A stretch of 14,764 bases of DNA. Source: a virus (lineage: Duplodnaviria; Heunggongvirae; Uroviricota; Caudoviricetes). A model generated the notes under the pieces. The model was not told where the DNA came from. It ran no database searches and worked only from the letters and a program-made list of their open reading frames with translations. Of the stretch, positions 6,746 to 13,389 are shown piece by piece; within the stretch, counting starts at the first letter, position 1; the number at the start of each line of letters is the position of its first letter. The DNA is taken from the IMG/VR virus record IMGVR_UViG_3300030618_000005; one strand, written 5' to 3'. Position numbers and translations under genes: made by a program.

Positions 6746-7824
6746 CCGTTGTCATCGCGGAACTTACGGCCATTCTTCTTGTACGACGGGATGCACTTGT
6801 CTTTGTGTTGTTTCTTCTCGAAGGCCATCCGCTTCTGCACGGCCTTCTCCACGTTGGAGTCGAAGTTCTCGGTCATCTCCCGCATCGCCTCAGCAGCGTA
6901 CGCGATACATATATCCCGTAGGTCGTGACCTTGGATCACCGTCTTCTTGATGCCCCCGGCCTTCCAGAGCCAGTTGGCCACGTCCTCCAACTGTCCTTCG
7001 GAGTGCTCTAATATCTTCGGCTTCTTGTTGTAGAGGTACATCTCGTCGTGAAACATACCGTAATCTAGGTCGCTCATTGTCAAGGACTTACCATAGCCCA
7101 GACCGAACATCACGGACTTGTGTATGTCCTTTGTCAGCGGTGGCTTCCCTGAGGTCGTCTTCCCGAACCCCACCACGTCGTCCATGATGAGATGCTTGTA
7201 CTTGCCTGCATTCGGTCCTTGATTCATCAGCACGATGGGAGCGTTGTCTTTCAGTGCCGCCATCTTCGCAGCCCCATTAGGGTCCGTCTCGATAACCAGC
7301 GTGACCACTTCGGTGAATTTCTGGCACTTGGACGGGCAGTAAGAATAATCCTTAGTGGACGCTGTGGCACAACAGATGCCCCCGGTCACCTTTCCATCTT
7401 CGTGGGTCAAAATCTGAGTGTGCCTGCCCTTAGTGTGGCCGCAGATACACATCCGGGCAAGGTCTTGCTCCCAAGACAGGGCCTTAGGCTCAAAGGTCAT
7501 AGAAGCGTCTGTGGGGAAAGGGATAGTGGTAACCCCCGTCTCAGGGTCAACGACGCCTTGTACCCCCTCTGGAGCCTCAGGAAACGGCATCTCAGGTACA
7601 TCTATCTCAACCGGTAAGCCAGTACCCAAGTCAATCTCGGCGCAGGGGTTCAGCATTAGCTCCTGCTTCTTGGAGAAGCCGGGGCAAGAACACTGGCCGA
7701 GGGGCAGGTTTTCATCGGCGTCATGGTGAAGGTGTCCGCACTTGGAGTCGAAGTGGACCTTATACAGGTGACCGCAGTGCTCACAAAGGTCGTAGAGGCT
7801 CGTAGCCGGGTTACTGACACTCAT
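6742..7824 (-). CDS. Uncharacterised protein, 360 aa (start revised from 7896 to 7824): two CxxCGH/CxCGH...H...C...C Zn-like modules, a Pro-rich linker and a cluster of enzyme-like motifs
   Basis: CEHCGHLYKVH...C...CSCPGF and CICGHTKGRH...CC...CPSKCQKF; AGGGG before ATG 7824, 14-nt overlap with the upstream gene. Confidence 0.8.
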   Translation of the reverse strand: MSVSNPATSLYDLCEHCGHLYKVHFDSKCGHLHHDADENLPLGQCSCPGFSKKQELMLNPCAEIDLGTGLPVEIDVPEMPFPEAPEGVQGVVDPETGVTTIPFPTDASMTFEPKALSWEQDLARMCICGHTKGRHTQILTHEDGKVTGGICCATASTKDYSYCPSKCQKFTEVVTLVIETDPNGAAKMAALKDNAPIVLMNQGPNAGKYKHLIMDDVVGFGKTTSGKPPLTKDIHKSVMFGLGYGKSLTMSDLDYGMFHDEMYLYNKKPKILEHSEGQLEDVANWLWKAGGIKKTVIQGHDLRDICIAYAAEAMREMTENFDSNVEKAVQKRMAFEKKQHKDKCIPSYKKNGRKFRDDNG

Positions 7825-8005
7825 TGATAAACCCCTGAGGAACGCAGACAAGATCGCTGTCTCGGGCAGCCTGCAAGATCGTCTTGGCGCGGGCAATCCA
7901 GTTACCGCGCTCTACCAGCAGCTCTTTGAGTTCTTCGATGTATTGGCAGTCGGTGCTACCGGCCTGACGGTCGGCGGGGGCGGTCGTACACGATACGTTG
8001 TTCAT
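7811..8005 (-). CDS. Hypothetical protein, 64 aa
   Basis: Strong AAAGGAG RBS before ATG 8005. Confidence 0.8.
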   Translation of the reverse strand: MNNVSCTTAPADRQAGSTDCQYIEELKELLVERGNWIARAKTILQAARDSDLVCVPQGFINECQ

Positions 8006-8010
8006 GTGAC

Positions 8011-8027
8011 TCCTTTGCAGGTTAGTG
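8011..8027 (-). repeat. 17-bp direct repeat, copy 1 (CACTAACCTGCAAAGGA), containing the RBS of the 64-aa gene
   Basis: Identical to 9814-9830; 5 nt from the ATG in both copies. Confidence 0.9.
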
Positions 8028-8032
8028 TATCA
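8024..8032 (-). promoter_or_regulatory. Possible extended -10 promoter (TGnTACACT)
   Basis: TGATACACT; shares GTGWTACACTA with the primase promoter; no good -35. Confidence 0.45.
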
Positions 8033-8038
8033 CAGTTG

Positions 8039-8365
8039 TTAGTGAGTCACCGCGATGTAGTAATCACTGGCGTGGTATTTGTTCGGGTCGTCTCTCTTCA
8101 AACCCTCTAAGGACTTACGCTGTTTGGCAATGATGCGATCCTTCCACTTGCGGATGGACTCAGGGTTGAAGCCTTCTCCAAAGTCCTTCTCATTCTCGAT
8201 CTTGTTGATGTACTCCTGAGCGCCTTCATCGTAAGTGTTTCGACGCTGCCAGATGTAACCCGTAGGTGCAGGATGGTTGACAAGCTCGGCGGCCTTGTAC
8301 CTGATGGGGACTTCTTTGCCATCGGTGTCTACCGCGAAATTGGCGATGCTCTCAGCTTTACTCAT
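8039..8365 (-). CDS. Hypothetical protein, 108 aa (start revised from 8485 to 8365)
   Basis: AGAAAGG RBS between the tRNA CCA end and ATG 8365; the longer ORF-track version runs through the tRNA. Confidence 0.75.
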   Translation of the reverse strand: MSKAESIANFAVDTDGKEVPIRYKAAELVNHPAPTGYIWQRRNTYDEGAQEYINKIENEKDFGEGFNPESIRKWKDRIIAKQRKSLEGLKRDDPNKYHASDYYIAVTH

Positions 8366-8379
8366 AGGAACCTTTCTAA

Positions 8380-8454
8380 TGGCGGGCCGACTTCGACTCG
8401 AACGAAGAAGTTCTGCTTTGGAGGCAGACAGTTTACCAATTAGCTTATCAGCCC
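8380..8454 (-). tRNA. trnW: tRNA-Trp (anticodon CCA), 75 nt with encoded 3' CCA
   Basis: GGGCTGA TA AGCT AATTGGTA AACT G TCTGC CTCCAAA GCAGA ACTT CTTCG TTCGAGT CGAAG TCGGCCC G CCA: 7-bp acceptor stem (one G-U), 5-bp anticodon stem, TTCGA T-loop, G discriminator; one C12-A23 mismatch in the D-stem. Confidence 0.95.
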
Positions 8455-8523
8455 ATCGAGCCTGCGGGGTGCAGTCTTCATCCATTCTGTATAAGGCTTA
8501 TTGACTGCTACCCCGAGGACGAT
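8455..8523 (-). ncRNA. Putative structured RNA: long imperfect hairpin abutting the tRNA 5' end
   Basis: ATCG/CGAT, CCT/AGG, CGGGGT/ACCCCG and GCAGTC/GACTGC pair in nested order (19 bp) around a 26-nt loop. Confidence 0.55.
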
Positions 8524-8527
8524 CTCG

Positions 8528-9808
8528 TTACTTAGAGTCACCCTCTAAGAAAGTGTTCGACACGATTTTTAGCATCGCTCGGCCCAGTCCTCGAACCGTG
8601 CGCTCCTTGGTGGCCTTGATGACGACACCCTCGCGGATGTGGTTAGCACGGTAGACCCATGAAGGTCCATCCACCAGCGTCATGATCTTGTCTTTGTTGT
8701 ACGGCCCAAGGTACAGGAGGGGTGCCATCTCGATGCCGGGGTACGACAGCAGAGAGAAGCTAAAGGAACCGTAGTCCATCCACTCGCGTTGCGGGGTCAG
8801 GATGTCGAAGGCAAAGAACCGAACCTCACCCTCCACAGCATCGTCCTTCGGCCCGTACGGGAAGTTCTTCTGGGTAGGTGTCACCTCTCCGTAGATTGCA
8901 TGGCCGGGGTGCTCAAGCAGCCAGCGCGTCAGGTCTTCGTTCTGTTTGAGAACCTTGTGCCAGACGGTCGAACCGTTGTCGGCCTTCCACTGGTTACGGG
9001 AACCCACGAAGATTTCACCATCGATGGCGATGAACCGCGCATTCGATCCGTGGACCTTCTCAGTAACAACTACCTGCTCGTTCTCCTCGAACGTGTTCGG
9101 GTAGTTCTTGAAGCCCTCCACGTCGAAGACGGGGATGCTGAACGACACGTCTTTGGTCGTCTCACGCAACGAGCGCCCAGCGATGATACGCTTGATGAGA
9201 TGGAACCAGCCACGGAGAGTACGTGGGTACCGGAACTTTCGGCGCGGTGAGTTGGCACTCGACGCCTTGGCTCCCTGTGTGTTCTCGACGACATCGGGAT
9301 CGTAGTGTGTCACACCGATGATGTCGGAGATGTCCAGACCCGGTGCGTTCCAGAAAGGATCGACCGCGCCGGTCGCGCCGTCCGTCAGCTCAGTGAAGTC
9401 AGTGAGAGGAAGCAAGAGACCTTCGCTCCACTCCTTGCGGAACTTGCGTACCGTGATACGCCGTCTGTTCTCAGGCACCGTACCGTCGAGGCCGACGTAC
9501 GCTTCCCAGATGAACTTGAACGCCTCGGTTTGGGGCACGATGGAGTCTGGCTGGATGTAGACGCCCAGATCACCCGGATGGAACTGACCCTTACGCACGA
9601 CGACTTGGAAGCCATCGATCTGAACGAGGGAGAGGGAGTCGGCATTGGTGTGGGGCAGGAGGGCTTCGATCTTCACGATCTTGGCCTGATGGTTGGCCTT
9701 CTTCGGCTCGGGGATGTCGCGGCGGTCAAGGATAGTGTTGTACCCGAGAATGGTATTGGATGCACCTTCTCCAAGTACGGCGTCGAGGTCAGACTGGTTC
9801 GTAATCAT
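8528..9808 (-). CDS. ATP-dependent RNA ligase with N-terminal OB-fold (DRB0094/Rnl5 type), 426 aa (start revised from 9874 to 9808)
   Basis: OB domain PHTNADSLSLVQIDGFQVVVRKGQFHPGDLGVYIQPDS; nucleotidyltransferase motifs TEKVHGSN (I), IYGEV (III), FFAFDI (IIIa), REGVVIK (IV), MLKIVS (V); AAAGGA RBS 5 nt before ATG 9808. Confidence 0.92.
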   Translation of the reverse strand: MITNQSDLDAVLGEGASNTILGYNTILDRRDIPEPKKANHQAKIVKIEALLPHTNADSLSLVQIDGFQVVVRKGQFHPGDLGVYIQPDSIVPQTEAFKFIWEAYVGLDGTVPENRRRITVRKFRKEWSEGLLLPLTDFTELTDGATGAVDPFWNAPGLDISDIIGVTHYDPDVVENTQGAKASSANSPRRKFRYPRTLRGWFHLIKRIIAGRSLRETTKDVSFSIPVFDVEGFKNYPNTFEENEQVVVTEKVHGSNARFIAIDGEIFVGSRNQWKADNGSTVWHKVLKQNEDLTRWLLEHPGHAIYGEVTPTQKNFPYGPKDDAVEGEVRFFAFDILTPQREWMDYGSFSFSLLSYPGIEMAPLLYLGPYNKDKIMTLVDGPSWVYRANHIREGVVIKATKERTVRGLGRAMLKIVSNTFLEGDSK

Positions 9809-9813
9809 GGGCG

Positions 9814-9830
9814 TCCTTTGCAGGTTAGTG
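9814..9830 (-). repeat. 17-bp direct repeat, copy 2, containing the upstream gene's CAC TAA end and the RNA ligase RBS
   Basis: Identical to 8011-8027; the copies are 1803 bp apart. Confidence 0.9.
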
Positions 9831-10142
9831 GATCGTGGGGTTCTTAGGGCCGTGAAACATATCGTAGCCCACATCGGTGATGAGGAACATCTTGATGCCG
9901 CGCCCAGTCTTGAGCTTCGATATCGCTACGTCCTCTGCGTACTTGTTCGTGATGTCTTTGATGAATCCAAGCTTGACTAGATCGTCGCACTGTCCGAGTA
10001 CTTTTGTCAAGCGATCTTTTGTCTCTTGGTCATCCTCAGGGTTAGGCTCGACGGCAATCTTGATCGGACTCTTCCCGTTAGCAAGACTGCCCATCGCGTC
10101 GTTCTGTTCTTTCGAGAGTTCGTAAATCTTGGGCTTTGACAC
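9825..10142 (-). CDS. Hypothetical protein, possible winged-helix DNA-binding fold, 105 aa
   Basis: TAGTG coupling to the helicase stop; LVKLGFI...FLITDVG resembles the helix-wing end of winged-helix proteins (fold call is weak). Confidence 0.7.
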   Translation of the reverse strand: MSKPKIYELSKEQNDAMGSLANGKSPIKIAVEPNPEDDQETKDRLTKVLGQCDDLVKLGFIKDITNKYAEDVAISKLKTGRGIKMFLITDVGYDMFHGPKNPTIH

Positions 10143-11791
10143 TACTTTCTCGCTTTGGCCAGTCCAATCAGGCGGGAGGCCGCGCCGTTAGTTAGGTCGT
10201 GCGGTATAGCCCTTCCGGGGTAGTACCGCTTGATGGCTTTCTTCTGAGGCTCGGTCGCGGGCCTGTCGTGCCACCCGGCCTTTTGCTTCAGGAGATTCAA
10301 CGCTTCAGGTATCTTATCGTCAATGAGCTTGTCTGCGGCACGGAAGGCTTCCTCCATTGTGTCGCGCTCACCACGGTAACGCAATCCCTTTATATCACCG
10401 ATGACCTCCCACTTGTCAAGTAGATTCTGATCGATGGTGACTTTATCTTTCTGCCAGTACTCACCCGGCAGCTTCAGGATGTACCCACCTGTGGGTGACG
10501 TGTACCACGTAAGCTCTGAGTTGGTCTGCACCTCCTCAGGGAACTTCACTTCAAACAGGTTGACAGACTCGATATGAGATGTTATGGAGTCGATGTCTAC
10601 GAGCTTCGAGAAGTCGATCTGTGGATAGTCCTTCGCCGCCTCTTCCAATTGCCGTGCGGCCCATAGCACACCTCTGCCCTTTAGGTCAAGTGTGGTGGAG
10701 AGACCGAGAAGTGTCGGTAGGGTGAGAAGCGAGTTCTTCGCCGTCGAGTCAACCACGTCAATGACGATGCAATCGGTCTTCCCGATAAATAGTCTCGTCC
10801 CTCGACCGACCATTTGACAGTAGAGTACTCCCGATTTTGTGGGTCGAGCGAGTAGAATGCAGCCAATCGCCGGGTCGTCGTACCCCTCCGTGAGCACGCC
10901 ACAGTTGAGAAGGATTGTGGTCTCGCCACTCTGGTGCCTAGCGATCTTAGCCTTTCTCTCCGGGTCATCCCCCCAGATAGCTTCAGCCTTGACTCCATAG
11001 TATTTGAACATCGCCACCAAATCCAAGGCGTGCTGGATGTCAGCAGTGAAACCAATTGTCCTACGGTTTTGACCGTGGTCGAGCCATGCCTTGACGACGA
11101 GTTGATTTCGCTCGGGGTTGTTGATGATGGCTGCGAGAGAGCTGGCAGAGTAATCGCCATTGGAAGACTTGGCTTCTGAGAGGCTTGTGTTCGTCTTGAT
11201 TCGGATGCCATGAGGCTCGACGAGATAGCCCTCTTCAACCGCCCTGCGTAGGGAATACTCGTAAATAATTCGCTTGAAAATCTCTGCGAGAGCTTTGCCG
11301 TCAGCCCTCTGAGGAGTCGCGGTAACTCCAAGATGGAGTTTATGTGTATCAGGACGAAGAACATCAGCAAGAGAATAAACTGTCCGATAAGTGTCAGATG
11401 TTGCATGGTGTGCCTCGTCCGTGATGATCTTGTCGATGTTGTGCCAAGGGAACCGTTCCCCTCGGACAGAGTTCTTGTTGCCCAGTGTAGCGACCGATCC
11501 GACGATCACGTCAGCATTCACGTCGCCTATGTCGCCCGCCATCTCTTTCGTAACGGTAAGGTGTGGGTTCACCTCTTTGATCTTCTTGATGCCCTGATCG
11601 ATCAGCTCTTCGCGGTGCGCCAGCACAAGCATCTGGCCGGGGAGACGCGAACGAAATACGTCAGGGATGCCAGCGAAGGTCTGCGTCTTACCAGTCCCGG
11701 TCGCCGCACTGATGAGTTGTAAGTGAATCCCAGCATCGTAAGCCTTGATGCTGGCCTCGTGCATCTCAGATTGGTATGGTCGGTACGGCAT
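10142..11791 (-). CDS. Superfamily 2 DExH helicase (RadD/Irc3/ResIII-like), 549 aa
   Basis: AATGTGKT (I), DEAHH (II), TATP (III), LTEGYDDP (V), QMVGRGTR (VI); C-terminal PATEPQ...LTNGAASRLI tail. Confidence 0.95.
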   Translation of the reverse strand: MPYRPYQSEMHEASIKAYDAGIHLQLISAATGTGKTQTFAGIPDVFRSRLPGQMLVLAHREELIDQGIKKIKEVNPHLTVTKEMAGDIGDVNADVIVGSVATLGNKNSVRGERFPWHNIDKIITDEAHHATSDTYRTVYSLADVLRPDTHKLHLGVTATPQRADGKALAEIFKRIIYEYSLRRAVEEGYLVEPHGIRIKTNTSLSEAKSSNGDYSASSLAAIINNPERNQLVVKAWLDHGQNRRTIGFTADIQHALDLVAMFKYYGVKAEAIWGDDPERKAKIARHQSGETTILLNCGVLTEGYDDPAIGCILLARPTKSGVLYCQMVGRGTRLFIGKTDCIVIDVVDSTAKNSLLTLPTLLGLSTTLDLKGRGVLWAARQLEEAAKDYPQIDFSKLVDIDSITSHIESVNLFEVKFPEEVQTNSELTWYTSPTGGYILKLPGEYWQKDKVTIDQNLLDKWEVIGDIKGLRYRGERDTMEEAFRAADKLIDDKIPEALNLLKQKAGWHDRPATEPQKKAIKRYYPGRAIPHDLTNGAASRLIGLAKARK

Positions 11792-12089
11792 TTACTCCGG
11801 TGTTCTTCGCGTCCTCAAAGACGAGCCAGACAGTGCTGTTCCTGTTCTTCGGAACTGCGGTACCCACGTACGTGTAGCCTTGGGGTTCCTTCGCACCGGC
11901 TGCGACGACCATGAAGTGTCTCTCTTCAAGGTCTATCCGGTCCTTCTGCTTCTCCATGTCGAGGAGAGTGTGCAGGAGCACGGAGCGCGGGTTATTCTCT
12001 CGCGTCAGAGTTGGGACTGCTCCCTTGGTTAGTAGAACGGTTGTCCTTCGGTCCACGGGGAGAGTTGTATCCCAGTACTGTCGATTCAT
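11766..12089 (-). CDS. Hypothetical phage protein, 107 aa
   Basis: Fills the gap between the HNH and helicase genes; C-terminal YVGT...VWLVFE resembles a common phage beta-rich family (recalled, unverified). Confidence 0.75.
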   Translation of the reverse strand: MNRQYWDTTLPVDRRTTVLLTKGAVPTLTRENNPRSVLLHTLLDMEKQKDRIDLEERHFMVVAAGAKEPQGYTYVGTAVPKNRNSTVWLVFEDAKNTGVNAVPTIPI

Positions 12090-12099
12090 TAGTCATTAC

Positions 12100-12372
12100 C
12101 TACCATGTTGGTTTCCATCCTTTACGCCTGATGAATTGTACCTCGGGCCTCGGGCCTGCGTCAAGTATCGTCCACTCGATGTCGAGGAAGCCGTCATGGT
12201 GAGCGCGGTGGCAGCCCGCACAGAGCGTCAGCAGGTTCCATAGATCGTCCGGGCCGCCGTGGGACTGGTAGATCAAATGATGCGGGTGGAGGCCGTTTCT
12301 GCTATTGCAGTGACGACACTTCCACCCGTCTCTTTGAAAGCAAGCTATTGATATGCGTCTAGGTAGTGGCAC
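12100..12372 (-). CDS. HNH endonuclease, 90 aa
   Basis: RDGWKCRHC...HHLIYQSHGGPDDLWNLLTLCAGCHRAHH is the HNH plus CxxC Zn signature. Confidence 0.93.
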   Translation of the reverse strand: MPLPRRISIACFQRDGWKCRHCNSRNGLHPHHLIYQSHGGPDDLWNLLTLCAGCHRAHHDGFLDIEWTILDAGPRPEVQFIRRKGWKPTW

Positions 12373-12751
12373 GTGTAGTGTATCCTACCAACCGGCCAGT
12401 GTTCTTCTCGACCTGCACAGCACGGTCATCGTACAGCTCAAGCATCCCATAGTCTTTCGTGCAAGTGACTTCGAGCGTGTACCCGATGTGTAGGGCACAC
12501 CACTCCTCGATAGCCTTGCGTGCGCGGCGGGCGTCTAGGTTGCGCTTGTGGAACTCTTTCTCGCTCACGTTGTCGGTGAGAGAGGGAGCGTACACGCGGG
12601 CCGTCATGATCTTTACCTGAAACCCGAACCTCAACCATGACTTGACACGCTCAACCATCAGTGGTATAGGTTCACCGATGTGTGTAGGACTAACAAACGT
12701 CTCATAGCGTGCCAAGGTGCCGTCCAAGTCTACCCCAATCCAAGGTCTCAT
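12359..12751 (-). CDS. HAD-superfamily phosphatase (capless, PNKP 3'-phosphatase-like), 130 aa
   Basis: WIGVDLDGTLA (motif I DxDGT), MTAR (II), TK (III), YDD (IV); TAATG coupling. Confidence 0.88.
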   Translation of the reverse strand: MRPWIGVDLDGTLARYETFVSPTHIGEPIPLMVERVKSWLRFGFQVKIMTARVYAPSLTDNVSEKEFHKRNLDARRARKAIEEWCALHIGYTLEVTCTKDYGMLELYDDRAVQVEKNTGRLVGYTTRATT

Positions 12752-13389
12752 TACAGTTTTGCCTCCAAGATACCTTCCGGTACCTGTTGAATCGCCAACT
12801 CGACTTTCTCCGGTCCTGTGAAGAGTAACGTGGCCACTTGTACATCCGGGTGAGTCGGTTCGAAAGGATGAACGTACTCCTCGTTAGGGAACAGCTCATC
12901 GACCCTCTGCTTGAACCCAGCGGTGTGAAGGAGATGGTATTTGTAGATGTCACTCGAAAGATTTTGCACAATCTTGCGATCTAGCTTCTGTACGAACTCA
13001 TTGCCGGGGATGACCTTGCTGCGTGCGTCTTCCAGCTCAGTGCGTAGTTCGCACAACCGGGCCGTATCGATTACGTTCTGGCGCTTCCAGTCTCTCAGCT
13101 CTTGCCGCAGGCGGCCTGAATCCGAGTCCCACATATCGTAGACGTTCTCTACCTTGCGCTCATAGGCATCCTGCCGTACGAGGTAGCCTTCGTACACTCC
13201 ACCGAAGGAGGCCAGCGCAACCGCTATCGCCGCGATTGTGATAGGGTGACTGCCCGTGTAATTAGTCAGGAGCACCATAGGCACGCCGAGTCCTACTAGG
13301 CCCAACAATGTGTGTGTGATCTGATCCCTAAGCTCATCCGAAGGATGGAGCCTTATCAAACGTGTCTTCAATTCCTGAATCAACTTCAT
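12751..13389 (-). CDS. Membrane protein with two predicted TM helices and a coiled coil, 212 aa (start 13389; alternative 13404)
   Basis: LLGLVGLGVPMVLL and ITIAAIAVALASFGGVY hydrophobic segments; GAGGA RBS before ATG 13389. Confidence 0.75.
   Translation of the reverse strand: MKLIQELKTRLIRLHPSDELRDQITHTLLGLVGLGVPMVLLTNYTGSHPITIAAIAVALASFGGVYEGYLVRQDAYERKVENVYDMWDSDSGRLRQELRDWKRQNVIDTARLCELRTELEDARSKVIPGNEFVQKLDRKIVQNLSSDIYKYHLLHTAGFKQRVDELFPNEEYVHPFEPTHPDVQVATLLFTGPEKVELAIQQVPEGILEAKL

Noticed and set aside
6742-7824. Calling the 360-aa protein a DNA polymerase, ribonucleotide reductase or terminase
   Set aside because: Motif spacing is far too compressed, a clear PolA motif A is absent, and Walker B precedes Walker A; it cannot form those folds.
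8366-8485. N-terminal 40 aa of the 148-aa ORF (8039..8485)
   Set aside because: Runs through the tRNA-Trp and the hairpin; a better RBS and ATG lie at 8365.
8455-8523. Rho-independent terminator or second tRNA for the hairpin
   Set aside because: No U-tract on either strand, the loop is too large, and there is no T-loop or cloverleaf.
11992-12096. 34-codon alternative ORF (MTNESTVLGY...) starting 7 nt upstream of the 107-aa gene
   Set aside because: Low complexity, out of frame with and overlapping a more plausible gene; no supporting features.
190-12361. Stop-codon reassignment suggested by several TAG stops plus a phage tRNA
   Set aside because: Conserved enzymes are intact under the standard code; TAG ends coincide with gene junctions (one is followed by TAA); the tRNA anticodon is CCA, not CUA or UCA.
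2679-13241. Nested minus-strand alternative-frame ORFs (e.g. 10681..11406, 4740..4985, 9385..9645)
   Set aside because: They lie entirely inside well-supported genes, are Ser/Arg-rich as expected for off-frame reading of GC-rich codons, and show no motifs.
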